Assembly: GCA_030740155.1 (NCBI GenBank)
Contig: JASLXV010000013.1
Coordinates: forward strand, 1 to 46,571
Source of the DNA: Dehalococcoidia bacterium
GTDB lineage: Bacteria > Chloroflexota > Dehalococcoidia > Lucifugimonadales > UBA3495
Direction: 5' to 3'
Length of the DNA stretch: 46,571 nucleotides
Within the stretch, counting starts at the first letter, position 1. Each line of letters begins with the position of its first letter. Of the stretch, positions 26,763 through 39,766 are shown piece after piece. The notes below the pieces were generated by a model, which had not been told where the DNA came from, did not search any database, and saw only the letters and a program-made list of their open reading frames with translations. The translations under genes and the position numbers were made by a program.

Positions 26763-26866
26763 GCGTCCGCCGGTCGAATTCAGCCGGCCGAATTCAAATG
26801 GACTCAAACCCGGTCCACCGACGAACTCATAGCCTGCACCAAGAGCCCGCCCAGTAGCCAACCTCG

Positions 26867-26925
26867 GTGGTTCGACAGGCTCGCCACGAACGGCGGAAAT
26901 CGGTTCGATTTGAGCGTATCGAAGG
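26867..26925. repeat. REP-like intergenic palindromic element(s)
   Basis: GTGGTTCGACAGGCTCGCCACGAACGG followed by TTCGATTTGAGCGTATCGAAGG, between convergent genes. Resembles the TTCGACAGGCTCA / TGAGCCTGTCGAA REP-type repeat family. Confidence 0.45.
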
Positions 26926-27043
26926 ACCGAAAGTGCCCTCTTTTGGGGTTGTTAGATAGGCTCCAAGGTCTGGCCTCGGGCCGGGAGCCCCGGCACTGCC
27001 GGGGCTTGCCCGAAGGGCGGCCGTCCGCGATCCGAACCGGCGC

Positions 27044-28279
27044 TCAGTTCCCCGGTGTGAATCCCTCGCCAGGGCTGTCCAGATACTTGAAAATATCGGC
27101 GTCGGCCGAAAGGATCACCGTGGTCCCCGTGTTCAGCACCTGCTCGTAAGCCTCCAAGCTGCGGAGGAAGGAGAAGAACTCCGGGTCTTCTTCCAATGCT
27201 TGCGCCAAAATACCGATCGCGTCGGCTTGGCCTTCGCCTCGCACCTGGTTGCTTGTCCTCTCGGCCTCGGCCAGGATGATCTCCCGTTCCTTGTTGGCTC
27301 CGGCGCGTATCTGCAGGTCCTGCTCGTCACCCTCGGCGCGAAACTTGGTGGCGATCCGGTTGCGCTCGGCCCGCATCCGCGTGAATATGGTGGGCGTCAC
27401 CGAATCGGGGAAGTCGGCCCGCTTGATCCTCACGTCAACTATCTCTATACCGAAAGGCTCGTCTCTCTCGACGAAATACCGAAGCGTGAACACGCTCCCA
27501 GCCTGCACTTTTTCCCCCTCCTGGATGCTCAAGAGCACGGTCCTGCTGGGTCCGTCGAAGCCCGTGATGATAATGTCGAAGCCTTCTAATTGGCCTCCGT
27601 CCGGCCCGCTGGTCACCTCAATGTCGGTAGCGTTGCCGGGTCGGTCGGCATTCTCGGTGTCAAGAATATCGGCAGCTATCTGGACATTGAACGCCGCCCC
27701 GCCCGAACTGGGGACCACCATGCTTTCGGTTACCTCTTGACCGTTAATGCGGAGCCTGACGCCTTCCAACACTTTCTCCAGCAAGAGGCTGCGGGAATCG
27801 GTGCCCTCGATCAGGGGAAGCCCTTCCTTTTCATCGACGACCTGGATACCGGCAGCATCTAGGACCGGCTCGGCGCCGATTATCTCGTTGCGGTCCCGGA
27901 GCGCGATCTGGGCGCGGAGGGCGGAAGTAACGATGTCGCCCAACCGGCTGCGGGCATTGGCCTCGGTTTGCAACGTCTTCCGGAACTGGAACACATCCAT
28001 GATCCGGTATCGGGCATAGGAGTCGATTACCAGGTTCTGCTTTTCTTTGTCAGGCATGGCGACCGGTGGAGCGTCGATGCGCAGGATGCGCCGCTCGAAC
28101 CGAATGACATTGTCCACAAAGGGCGCTTTGAGATAGATGCCCGGTTCAACCCGGGTTTGCTTGACGTCCCCAAACCGCAGGACGAGAGCCTGCTGGGTCA
28201 CGTCCACGACGAAAAGGGATTGGGAGAGCACAATAGCCGCAATTATGAGCAGGACGGCGCCAACAACCAGCGTTCTCAT
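27044..28279 (-). CDS. hflC: FtsH modulator HflC (SPFH) with large internal insertion
   Basis: QALVLRFG, PFVDNV, LVIDSYARYRI, FGIEIVDVRIKRAD, RMRAERNRIA..FRAEG, DPEFFSFLRSLEAY. Confidence 0.93.
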   Translation of the reverse strand: MRTLVVGAVLLIIAAIVLSQSLFVVDVTQQALVLRFGDVKQTRVEPGIYLKAPFVDNVIRFERRILRIDAPPVAMPDKEKQNLVIDSYARYRIMDVFQFRKTLQTEANARSRLGDIVTSALRAQIALRDRNEIIGAEPVLDAAGIQVVDEKEGLPLIEGTDSRSLLLEKVLEGVRLRINGQEVTESMVVPSSGGAAFNVQIAADILDTENADRPGNATDIEVTSGPDGGQLEGFDIIITGFDGPSRTVLLSIQEGEKVQAGSVFTLRYFVERDEPFGIEIVDVRIKRADFPDSVTPTIFTRMRAERNRIATKFRAEGDEQDLQIRAGANKEREIILAEAERTSNQVRGEGQADAIGILAQALEEDPEFFSFLRSLEAYEQVLNTGTTVILSADADIFKYLDSPGEGFTPGN

Positions 28280-28310
28280 AGACGCATCGCTCCGTTTGTA
28301 AAGCTAATCA

Positions 28311-29411
28311 TTATGGGCTCGGATTGGGGCCGAGTGGGATGGGGGTCAGGCCGTCCTGGCCGCCCAGTATCAACACAGCCTCGGACTCAGGGGACACGAT
28401 GATCTTGGTCACTCTCGGCAGCACGTTCTCCATCGCCTCCAGGAATAACCGCTGGCGGGTGACGGCTCTGGAGGTCTCGGATATCGAGTACTCCTCTAGG
28501 ACGGCGGTAAACCGGGCCGCCTCACCTTCTGCCCTGGCGATTCGTGCCTGAGCGAAGGCCTCTGCTTCCCTTTTTATCCGCTCCGCGTCACCCTTCGCCC
28601 TGGGGATAATGTCGTTCTCAAAGGAGCGAGCCTGGTTGATCTTAGTGTCCTTCTCCTGCCGGCCACGCAGGACATCGTCGAAGGCGTCCCGGACCTCTTC
28701 CGGAGCTTTCACATCCTGGAGCTGGACGTTCAGGACCGCGATGCCGGTGCCGTAGCTGTCCAATATCTCCTGCAACCGTTCCTTGGTCGACGCCGCCACT
28801 TCCTCCCGCCGGAGCACCAGCACGTCGTCGATGGACCGCTGGCCCACCACCAGCCGCAGGGCCGCCTCGGCGGCGTCCTTCAACGTGCGACCGTCAGGCT
28901 GGCCGGGAAGGACCGTACGTCCCGGCGTTTCTTCTCCGGGGTCGTCCACTCGAAACAGGAATCCGTTCAGGTCCTTGATGTTGTACTGGACCACCATCGC
29001 CACGTCGACGATGTTCAGGTCCCCGCTGATCATCAGGGCCTCGTCCGGGAAAGCGGAGATGGCCCCCGCGTCGGTCCCGCGGAACCCCAGCTCCATTCGC
29101 CGGGTCTCCGTGACCTGGAGCACGGCCTTCTTCCCGATCGGCGCCGGCCACCACCAGTGGAGGCCGGGTTGCTCCACGGGGTTGCCCTGTACCTCGCCGA
29201 AGAGCCGTAGGGCGGCGTTTTCGCCGGGGCTGATGGTGTATACCCCGGTCCCTACCCAAATAACCGCGATCAGGGCAATGATGCCGACCACCAGCAGCCC
29301 CACACCACCGCCACCCAGCCGCTTGCCGATAGGACCGAGTGCATCTCGCACGCGGCCCAATATCTGGTCGAAGTTCACTTCAGGTTGCCGAGAGCCTCCA
29401 GGTGGGTACAT
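28311..29411 (-). CDS. hflK: FtsH modulator HflK (SPFH)
   Basis: PGLHWWWPAPI, MISGDLNIVDV, APEEVRDAFDDV, IPRAKGDA, VTRQRLFLEAME. Confidence 0.93.
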   Translation of the reverse strand: MYPPGGSRQPEVNFDQILGRVRDALGPIGKRLGGGGVGLLVVGIIALIAVIWVGTGVYTISPGENAALRLFGEVQGNPVEQPGLHWWWPAPIGKKAVLQVTETRRMELGFRGTDAGAISAFPDEALMISGDLNIVDVAMVVQYNIKDLNGFLFRVDDPGEETPGRTVLPGQPDGRTLKDAAEAALRLVVGQRSIDDVLVLRREEVAASTKERLQEILDSYGTGIAVLNVQLQDVKAPEEVRDAFDDVLRGRQEKDTKINQARSFENDIIPRAKGDAERIKREAEAFAQARIARAEGEAARFTAVLEEYSISETSRAVTRQRLFLEAMENVLPRVTKIIVSPESEAVLILGGQDGLTPIPLGPNPSP

Positions 29412-29768
29412 GTTTCAGCATCCTCTTTGTTCGGAGATTCAGGCCCGGTCACCCCCGGTCTTGCTCAGCAAACCAAGCGTACCGCCATTGGCCCATTTGA
29501 TTCTACCACCAAGTAGGTGGTTAAACCACACCGCACCGGCGGCCAGGCACCCACCTATCGGCAGAAGGAGCGCCTAAATCCGGCGCAAGCAGGCGGAAGA
29601 AGGGCTCGGCCCTGAGCAACTCCGGGCATTACCAGGGGGCGTTGCCCCCGGCATTATCATTTCGGCGGGCGGGTAGGAAAAGTAAACCTTACTTGTTAAA
29701 CTGGGCGCTGGTACGCCGCGGCGCGGCAAACTAGACCGAAGACCGCTAGACGGGAGGGGACTAGGCCC

Positions 29769-30053
29769 ATGGGTGACACCGGCCTGACCATAACAACCGG
29801 GAGCGACATGACCCGCATCCAGGTATCATGTGAGCACCAGAATGGGATGATCTACGTGGTGCCCGCCGAGCGGAGTTGGGTCTGCGGCAGCGAGCACCTA
29901 CCGGCCCACGCCCTGGCCGGCTTCTTCCGGGAGCTGGCGGCATTGCAACTACCCGCGGTCCAGGACCTGATGACCCAGTGGGGTATCTATTACCGCGATC
30001 TGCCCCGTGGCGGTGGCGAGGCCGCGCCCCGTGCCGATGGCCCGGCTCCCTGA
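29769..30053 (+). CDS. Small hypothetical protein
   Basis: RBS GGAGGGGA, protein-like composition (CEHQNGMIYVVP..SWVC..HALAGF..MTQWGIYYR). Confidence 0.65.
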   Translation: MGDTGLTITTGSDMTRIQVSCEHQNGMIYVVPAERSWVCGSEHLPAHALAGFFRELAALQLPAVQDLMTQWGIYYRDLPRGGGEAAPRADGPAP

Positions 30054-30218
30054 ATCAGCGAAAACTGCCGGAATCTAACGGTGACGGCCCGGCGAGGCCG
30101 GGAAGGGGCGCACGCAGAGGTGATTGGTCACGCTCGGCCGCGCGGCAACCCGCAAGGGTCCAGTGAACGGGAGCCGCCCGGCTACCGGAGGCCCTGCCCC
30201 AACGGGCAAGGCGCCCGG

Positions 30219-32210
30219 TCATGCCTCTGGGTCACCGGGCGCCACGGCCGGCGATGGGTCGGTATGGCTGGACATAGTCGGCGCCGGCTGAGGGACCGTG
30301 GGCTGGTGCGGCGTCGGTGTGTAGGACGGCGGCGGCGGCGGAACGGCAGGCGTCCCCGTCCCCGGTTCGCCGCCAAGCTCGTCATCACCGATAATTGTGT
30401 TCAATTGAGCCCCGGTAACCGTCTCGTGTTCGATCAGGTACTCGGAGAGGCGAACCAGTTTGGGTTTATGGGTGACCAGTATCTCCTCCGCACGCCGGTA
30501 GGCCATACCGATCAACTCCTTGACTTCCTCGTCGATCTCCTCGGCCACCTTGTCGCCATAGTCACGCTCTTCGCTGATCTCCCGGCCCAAGAAAACCAAC
30601 TCTTGGCGTTTCCCAAAGGTGCGCGGCCCGAGAGATTCACTCATGCCATAGCGCTTGATCATACTTAGCGCGATCTTGGTCCCCCGCTCCAGGTCGTTAC
30701 TGGCGCCGGTGGTCACCTCGTCGAAGATCAACTGCTCCGCAACCCGTCCGCCCATGGTGACGACCAGCATGTCCAAGAACTGATTCTTGGTCCACAGGTA
30801 CCGGTCTTCATCGGGCAACAGAGAAGTGTGGCCTCCCATGGCCCCTCGCGCCACAATGGAAATCTTGTGGACCTGGTCGGCGTGGGGCAAAATCCAGGCC
30901 GCCAGGGCGTGGCCGGCCTCATGGTAGGCGGTCATCTCCTTTTCCCGGGCGCTGATGACCCGGCTCTTGCGCTCCGGGCCAGCGATGATTCGTTCCACCG
31001 CCTCCTCGAACTCCTCCATGAAAATGGCCTTCTTGTTGAACCGGGCCGCCAGCAGCGCTGCTTCGTTGATCAGGTTCGCCAGGTCGGCGCCGCTGAACCC
31101 GGGGGTCTCCTTGGCCAGTGTTTCCAGGCTTACTTCAGGGGCCAGGGGTTTGCCGGCGGAATGGACCTTTAGAATCGCCGTGCGTCCCACGACATCCGGC
31201 AGGTCCAGCGTAACCCGGCGGTCGAAACGGCCGGGGCGCAGCAATGCCGGGTCCAGAATGTCCGGCCGGTTCGTGGCGGCCAGCACGATAATGTTGGTGT
31301 TGGTCTCGAAGCCGTCCATCTCCACCAGGATCTGGTTCAGCGTCTGTTCCCGTTCATCATGCCCGCCACCCAGACCGGCTCCCCGGTGCCGGCCCACGGC
31401 GTCTATCTCGTCGACGAAGACGATGCAAGGCGCGTTACGCTTGGCCTGGTCGAACAGGTCTCGAACCCTGGCCGCCCCAACACCAACGAACATCTCGACG
31501 AATTCGCTTCCGCTTATGTGAAAGAAGGGTACTCCCGCCTCGCCGGCCACCGCCCTGGCCAGCAGCGTCTTGCCGGTTCCCGGCTGGCCCACCAGCAAGA
31601 TCCCCTTGGGGATCCGGGCGCCCAGGGAAAGGAACCGCTCCGGGTACTTGAGGAACTCCACCACTTCTTCGAGTTCGTTCTTGGCCTCTTCCACCCCGGC
31701 CACGTCGGCAAAGGTCACCCCGGGACGATTGAAGGGCATCATCCGGGCGCGGCTGCGGCCGAAGCTCATGGTCTGATTGTTGCTGCCCTGGGCTTGGCGC
31801 ATCATGAACAAGATGAGGCCACCGAAGAAGATCAGAGGCAAGAAGTTGAGCAGCAGCCCGAAGAAGCCGCTCAGGCCGCTTGAACCCTTGAAGGTAACCT
31901 CAACGCCGCCGGGCGGGCCCACCTCAACGCCGCTTTCCAGCATCAGGCCGATCACGTCGGTATCGCTGCCAATCCTGCTGGTGAACCGGTCTGAGCCGGC
32001 CCGGCCGGTGGCCCTGGGGTAAACGACCAGCTTCCTGCCGTCTACCAGGACCTCGCGGATCTCGCCGTTCTTGGCCATCGCGATGACGGTTGTCAGCGGT
32101 TCCTCGCTTCGTTCCGCGAAGCTGGGCAGCAAGGTGTAGAAGATAACGATAATTCCAATGATGACCAAGAGATAAACGAAGCTATTCCTCAGCCACCGGT
32201 TATTTCCCAT
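30219..32210 (-). CDS. ftsH: ATP-dependent zinc metalloprotease FtsH
   Basis: Two TM helices, Walker A GQPGTGKT, Walker [29 protein letters not shown] 32210 after GAGAGGT. Confidence 0.97.
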   Translation of the reverse strand: MGNNRWLRNSFVYLLVIIGIIVIFYTLLPSFAERSEEPLTTVIAMAKNGEIREVLVDGRKLVVYPRATGRAGSDRFTSRIGSDTDVIGLMLESGVEVGPPGGVEVTFKGSSGLSGFFGLLLNFLPLIFFGGLILFMMRQAQGSNNQTMSFGRSRARMMPFNRPGVTFADVAGVEEAKNELEEVVEFLKYPERFLSLGARIPKGILLVGQPGTGKTLLARAVAGEAGVPFFHISGSEFVEMFVGVGAARVRDLFDQAKRNAPCIVFVDEIDAVGRHRGAGLGGGHDEREQTLNQILVEMDGFETNTNIIVLAATNRPDILDPALLRPGRFDRRVTLDLPDVVGRTAILKVHSAGKPLAPEVSLETLAKETPGFSGADLANLINEAALLAARFNKKAIFMEEFEEAVERIIAGPERKSRVISAREKEMTAYHEAGHALAAWILPHADQVHKISIVARGAMGGHTSLLPDEDRYLWTKNQFLDMLVVTMGGRVAEQLIFDEVTTGASNDLERGTKIALSMIKRYGMSESLGPRTFGKRQELVFLGREISEERDYGDKVAEEIDEEVKELIGMAYRRAEEILVTHKPKLVRLSEYLIEHETVTGAQLNTIIGDDELGGEPGTGTPAVPPPPPSYTPTPHQPTVPQPAPTMSSHTDPSPAVAPGDPEA

Positions 32211-32267
32211 GCACACCTCTCACCATTCCCTTACCAAAAGCCCGCAAAACCATCTCCTGACATTTTA

Positions 32268-32328
32268 GCTGAGCAGGTTCCAAATTGCAAAACACGACCG
32301 CCCTGGCGCCCGCCGGCTGAGCAGGTTC
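32268..32328. repeat. 13-bp exact direct repeat in the ftsH upstream region
   Basis: GCTGAGCAGGTTC at 32268 and 32316 (48-bp spacing). Confidence 0.7.
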
Positions 32329-32336
32329 TAAGTTTC

Positions 32337-32396
32337 GTAACAACATATCTACATTGCGGCAATATTCGTGTAACGAGATTGAAACACCGCCGCAAA
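32337..32396 (+). promoter_or_regulatory. Actinobacterial-type GlnR box array upstream of glnA
   Basis: GTAAC-N6-GAAAC at 32370-32385 matches gTnAc-n6-GaAAc. Further half-sites lie in 11-bp phase (GTAAC 32337, GCAAT 32359, GCAAA 32392). Confidence 0.6.
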
Positions 32397-32677
32397 AACC
32401 CTTGCCTAGACTAGATCTGGACCCTTCGGGTACAAGGAGCTTGGTATCCATCAGGAGGAGGGGCACCGCTACCAGGCACTCCCTCGAAACGGACGCCGTT
32501 CGTGCCACGCGAACGGCAACCTGCTTTGTGGGCCGCCGCTCTCCGGACCATGGGCGGCTGCCGGACCTTCTGTGGTTTCCCTGACGCCAGCCACCGAGTA
32601 CAATGGCAATATCTTGTGGGGATTTCCTGGGGCATATCCTGGTGAAACATCCCGGGATTCGCCGCGGAGGGGCTACA

Positions 32678-34015
32678 ATGCCAGATGACCGGGCCGCCGA
32701 ACGTGAGTTCGTGTTGAGGAGCGCCCAAGAAAACGACGTCAAGTTCATCCGACTCTGGTTCACCGATATTCTCGGCAACCTGAAGGGCTTCGCCATCACT
32801 GCGGACGACCTCGAAGACGCGGTCGAGCAGGGAGTCGGGTTCGACGGGTCGTCCATCGAGGGGTTCGCCCGCATCGACGAGAGCGATATGCGGGCCTTTC
32901 CCGACCCCACCACTTTCACGCTGCTCCCATGGCGGCCCCGCCAGAACGCCGTGGCCCGCATGTTCTGCGACATCCGCACGCCCGGAGGCGGACCGTACAT
33001 CGGCGACCCCCGGAACGCCCTCAAGCGGAACCTGCAACGGTTGGCCCAATCGGGATTCACCTACTACGTCGGACCGGAACTGGAGTTTTTCTACTTCCGG
33101 GACGCCAACTCCCCGTATCCGCTGGACCACACCGGCTACTTTGACCAGCTCTCCGGCCAGCCCGCCAGTGACCTGCGCCGGGACACGGTGCTCAACCTGG
33201 CGGAGATGGGGATACCGGTCAAGTACTCTCACCACGAAGTCGCCCACAGCCAGCACGAGATCGACCTCCAGTACACCGACGCCCTGACCATGGCCGACAA
33301 CGTGATAACGGCCAAACTGGTCATCAAGGAGCTGGCCCAGCTACGGGGAGCCTACGCCTCCTTCATGCCCAAGCCGATCTCCGGGGCCAACGGCTCGGGG
33401 ATGCACACCCACCAGTCCCTCTTCCGGGGTAACCATAACGCCTTCTTCGATCCGGACGAAGAGCACCACCTGTCCCTCGTCGGCAAACGGTTTATTGCCG
33501 GGCTGATCCACCACGCCCCGGAGATCACCCTGGTCACGAACCAGTGGGTGAACTCCTACAAGCGCCTGGTCCCAGGCTTCGAGGCCCCGATGTACGTCTC
33601 CTGGGCCCACACCAACCGCTCGGACCTGGTGCGGGTGCCCGCCTACAAGCCCGGCCACGAAAGCTCGGTGCGCATCGAGTACCGGGCGCCGGACCCCGCC
33701 TGCAATCCCTACCTAGCCTTCAGCGTCATGCTGATGGCCGGGCTGAAGGGCATCGAAGAGGAGTACCTGGTGCCGCCCCCGGTAGACGGCAACGTCTTCG
33801 CCATGCTCCCCGAGCAGCGCCGGACCCTGGGCATCAAAAGCCTGCCCGCCAGCCTGGGCGAGGCCATCTCCATGGCGCAAGAGAGCCAGTTGCTGCGTGA
33901 AGCTTTGGGGGAGCATATCTTGAACAGCTTCATTCAGAACAAGAAGATGGAATGGGAAGAGTACCGGGCCACGGTGACCGACTACGAGGTCGCCCGCTAC
34001 CTACCCATCCTGTAG
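32678..34015 (+). CDS. glnA: Glutamine synthetase type I
   Basis: FDGSSIEGF, GPELEFF, HHEVAHSQHE, FMPKP..GANGSGMHTHQSL, NSYKRLVPGFEAP, IEYRAPDPACNPYL. ATG 32678 after GGAGGGG. Confidence 0.96.
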   Translation: MPDDRAAEREFVLRSAQENDVKFIRLWFTDILGNLKGFAITADDLEDAVEQGVGFDGSSIEGFARIDESDMRAFPDPTTFTLLPWRPRQNAVARMFCDIRTPGGGPYIGDPRNALKRNLQRLAQSGFTYYVGPELEFFYFRDANSPYPLDHTGYFDQLSGQPASDLRRDTVLNLAEMGIPVKYSHHEVAHSQHEIDLQYTDALTMADNVITAKLVIKELAQLRGAYASFMPKPISGANGSGMHTHQSLFRGNHNAFFDPDEEHHLSLVGKRFIAGLIHHAPEITLVTNQWVNSYKRLVPGFEAPMYVSWAHTNRSDLVRVPAYKPGHESSVRIEYRAPDPACNPYLAFSVMLMAGLKGIEEEYLVPPPVDGNVFAMLPEQRRTLGIKSLPASLGEAISMAQESQLLREALGEHILNSFIQNKKMEWEEYRATVTDYEVARYLPIL

Positions 34016-34204
34016 GCTCGAAGATTGGGACCGGCGGGGCCTCGCCGAGCTGCCGGCCAATCGCCGCAACGTTTGCCGTCCCCTTTAGCCGTCCCGTAGT
34101 ACCAAAAGTTGGGCCGGCGGGCCTTGCCGCGCTGTCTCCTGAGTGGCTATGTATCGGCGAGATCGGGCGATACTCGCTCCCCGCGATCCTCCCCAAAAGG
34201 GCTA

Positions 34205-36268
34205 TCAAGCCGGCCCGATTGAGAGGGTGTAGGGTGCCCACTGCTGGGTCCCGGGCGCGAGTGCCGCCACCACGACCACCAGCCGGTCCAGGTCCTGGGG
34301 CGCCGGGATAACGATCTCCCCCGAGTTGGCCCCGTCCAGCGGCACCACCGTCACCTGGTTCTCCCCAGCCATTTGGATAACCTGAACAATGTAGTCTTGT
34401 TTCACCCGGTTGCTGGTCAGAACAAACCCCTCAGCCCGCCACCCATTGGTGATCTCCACCAGGCCGGCCTCGGGCACCGAGACCCCCCGGACGCAAAGGC
34501 CGGCGCCGTTCACGGCATCGTCGGTGACATATTGAAAGCGCAGCAGGACCTCTCGCCCCGAGTAAGCGCCAAGGTCGACGGACTCATCGAGCCAGCCAAG
34601 GCTGTTGCCGGTGTAGCCCTCTCCAAAGCTGTTGCCGATGGGGTTTTCCGCCGTGGTATTTGGCGTCTCCAGGATATCCCAGGTCCGCCCGTCATCGACG
34701 GATACCTCCAGGTAGGCGTAGTCCCATTTCTCCTCTAGCTCATACCACACCTGGTAGACCAACGTGGCCCGGTCCAGGCCTGTCAAATCCACGGAGCGGG
34801 TCAGCGTCGAGTCGATGGAATCGCCCGAGTTGCTCCACCAGCATCCCCGCGAGTCCACGTCGACCGGCAGCAGGCGGTTCTCCGCCGGCCCGTCGAAGCG
34901 CAGGCGTAGTGGTCCTTCCAGCAATGAAAGCTCCACGTACTCCACGGCGTACTGGGGAATCTCAGAACTGTACTCAATGATCCCGTCGTAGGCCTTCGAG
35001 ACCCCCACCTGCACTTCCAGGTCCGAGTATCCGTAGACCCCCTGCCTTTCATCCAGAAGATTGGCCACCGCCCAATCGCGGAACACATCCGGAAAGGTGG
35101 CGGAGTAGCCGGCCGATCTCAGATAGGCGTTTACTCCGGCGATGCCATCCTCCTGTTCATTCAGCAGCGGCCGCAGGTCGTTGTTCTTCCCGTAGTGGTC
35201 CGCCAGGTAGTGCATGAACAGGGACGCCGCCCCGTAGTTGCGTCCGGCGCCGAATGGTAGCAGCGGCCATTGCACCAGTGAGGTGGGGCCGGACTGCAAG
35301 AACCGGTAGATGGTGGCTTGATCGAATCCGGCAATCGTGGCGGCCAACTCAGACAGCCCCTCATTGATCCAGGTTTCCTCGGAGGCGTCGGCGTTCCAAT
35401 GGGCCGCGTGTTGCAGTTCGTGGGCCAGTGTTTCCAGGTAGTCGGGGGATCCCATCGGGATGATACTGGAGTTGATGTAGATTATCTCCCGCTCGTTGCT
35501 GAACGGGACCACGCCGAGAGGGTATTCGTCCGAAGAACTGTAGTAACCCGCAACGCCCCGCAGGCGGCCATTCAGGATGTTCAGATGGGGATCGTTGTCC
35601 ACTCCTGGGGACCATTCCTCACCAAAGGCGGCGGTAACCCGGGGGTGCACCTGCTCCTCATAACCGGCGGCAGCCCTCTCGATATCCTTCTGGCGGATGG
35701 TCTGATTTTCCTCGACATACCAGTAAGCGTGGGGAGAAACCAACCGCAGCACAAAACGGCTCTGGTATACCGTCAGCCCCGACAAGTCGACCAGCCAAAA
35801 GGTGTCCTCCCGGCCTTGGGCGTAGCTCACCGGATCCGGGTTTACCACCCGCCGCAGGTCCTCCTCCCTGGCCCGCTTCAACCCAACTGCCAGCCCGTAG
35901 AGGTCCCGGTCGGGAGCCGGAACGAAGCTCGTCGCCACCGAGGAGGCGGGAGTAGCCGTCGGCGTCGCCGGCAATCGGCGGGTTCTTTCCGGCGCAAGGC
36001 CTTTTGGTGGAGTGAGCGCTGGTGAGACGGCCGAGTTGGGGGTGGGCGTCGAGGCAAGCTGCCCCGCCGGAGCGGTCCCCGACGGAACAGGCGTAGCTAC
36101 CGGCCTTGTTCCGTGCGGCTCGGGCGTGGTTGTCAGAACTAGGCCGGGCGCCGCGGGCGTAGCTGCCGAGGTTGGGCCGGGCTGGGCCGGCGTGGGGGTT
36201 GCGATGGAGGTGCACGCCGCCAGCGCGGCGGCCAGGAGGAACACCGGTATACACCAACGGGGGCTCAC
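34205..36268 (-). CDS. Lipoprotein metalloprotease, immune inhibitor A (M6)/M30-like
   Basis: GTG start overlapping the pth stop (GTGA), LAAC lipobox, Pro/Thr linker, AHELQH zinc motif, WINEGLSE, InhA-type C-terminus (WDYAYLEVS, RFQYVTDDA). Confidence 0.82.
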   Translation of the reverse strand: MSPRWCIPVFLLAAALAACTSIATPTPAQPGPTSAATPAAPGLVLTTTPEPHGTRPVATPVPSGTAPAGQLASTPTPNSAVSPALTPPKGLAPERTRRLPATPTATPASSVATSFVPAPDRDLYGLAVGLKRAREEDLRRVVNPDPVSYAQGREDTFWLVDLSGLTVYQSRFVLRLVSPHAYWYVEENQTIRQKDIERAAAGYEEQVHPRVTAAFGEEWSPGVDNDPHLNILNGRLRGVAGYYSSSDEYPLGVVPFSNEREIIYINSSIIPMGSPDYLETLAHELQHAAHWNADASEETWINEGLSELAATIAGFDQATIYRFLQSGPTSLVQWPLLPFGAGRNYGAASLFMHYLADHYGKNNDLRPLLNEQEDGIAGVNAYLRSAGYSATFPDVFRDWAVANLLDERQGVYGYSDLEVQVGVSKAYDGIIEYSSEIPQYAVEYVELSLLEGPLRLRFDGPAENRLLPVDVDSRGCWWSNSGDSIDSTLTRSVDLTGLDRATLVYQVWYELEEKWDYAYLEVSVDDGRTWDILETPNTTAENPIGNSFGEGYTGNSLGWLDESVDLGAYSGREVLLRFQYVTDDAVNGAGLCVRGVSVPEAGLVEITNGWRAEGFVLTSNRVKQDYIVQVIQMAGENQVTVVPLDGANSGEIVIPAPQDLDRLVVVVAALAPGTQQWAPYTLSIGPA

Positions 36269-36849
36269 GTGAGAGATGGATCGGCCGGTTTGGAGTTGAA
36301 ACGGTTCATGGCCCCGTCGATGCCCTCTTCCAGGATGCAATCGACCGCGGCCACCACCGAATCCAACGCTCCGGCGAGGATGGTTTCCTCCTCGCCGGAG
36401 AAACGGCCCAGCACGTAACCAACCGCGTCTTGCTCCAGGGGCGGAGCGCCAATGCCCAGCCGGATTCTCGGGAAATCCTGGGTTTGCAGGCTCTCGATTA
36501 TGGACTGGACCCCCCGGTGGCCCCCATCGCTGCCGCCGGGGCGGAGCCGCAGCTGCCCCACCGGCAAGGCCATATCGTCGTAGATCACCACCAGGTCCTC
36601 GGGGCGGGAGGCGAATCGGGCCCGCAGGTAGGCGACGCCTTCGCCGCTGTTGTTCATGAAAGAACGGGGTTTGGCCAGCACGATCTCCTCGCCGGCGCGA
36701 AATCCCCGACCCAGGACTACCTTGGCGCGGCGTTCCGCAACCCGGATGCCCCACTTCAGGGCCAACAAATCCACGCAGCGGAAACCAATGTTGTGGCGGG
36801 TGCCGCGGTACCGGGTTCCGGGATTGCCAAGGCCGATTATCAAGCGCAT
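36265..36849 (-). CDS. pth: Peptidyl-tRNA hydrolase
   Basis: GLGNPG..Y..TRHNIGF, KP.SFMNNSG, YDDM.LP.G.LR, GSDGGHRG, RIRLGIG. Confidence 0.97.
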   Translation of the reverse strand: MRLIIGLGNPGTRYRGTRHNIGFRCVDLLALKWGIRVAERRAKVVLGRGFRAGEEIVLAKPRSFMNNSGEGVAYLRARFASRPEDLVVIYDDMALPVGQLRLRPGGSDGGHRGVQSIIESLQTQDFPRIRLGIGAPPLEQDAVGYVLGRFSGEEETILAGALDSVVAAVDCILEEGIDGAMNRFNSKPADPSLT

Positions 36850-36851
36850 TT

Positions 36852-39415
<2,564 letters not shown>

Positions 39416-39766
39416 TCACTTCCGTTGCCGGAGCAAGATATATTGTAGCCTATAGGATTCGCACTTCCCGCACCACTAGCCCACTGGCATCCGGAAACGC
39501 CCCGGTTGGGCCGCCCGGCGCCACGGTTCAGAAGCAGCACGTCGCCCGCCCGCGGGCACTTCATGCCGGTTCGAGAAAAGGCAGCAAGCATAGCCTCTGG
39601 AACGATGGGCAGTCCAGGGGAGACCCGTCCTTTGGGACCCGATATCTAGCGAATGGGCCCATCCCTCCCAGCCTCGCCGGCCCCGTGGGCCGGCCCCAGA
39701 CGATTTTCGTGAAGAAGCCCCGGGGGCAACGCCGGTTGCCAGCCGCGGAATGAAGGTGATCTGAGT

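Noticed and set aside
36269..36754. 162-aa N-terminal extension of the metalloprotease ORF
   Set aside because: Overlaps pth in another frame. The signal peptide and lipobox begin at GTG 36268.
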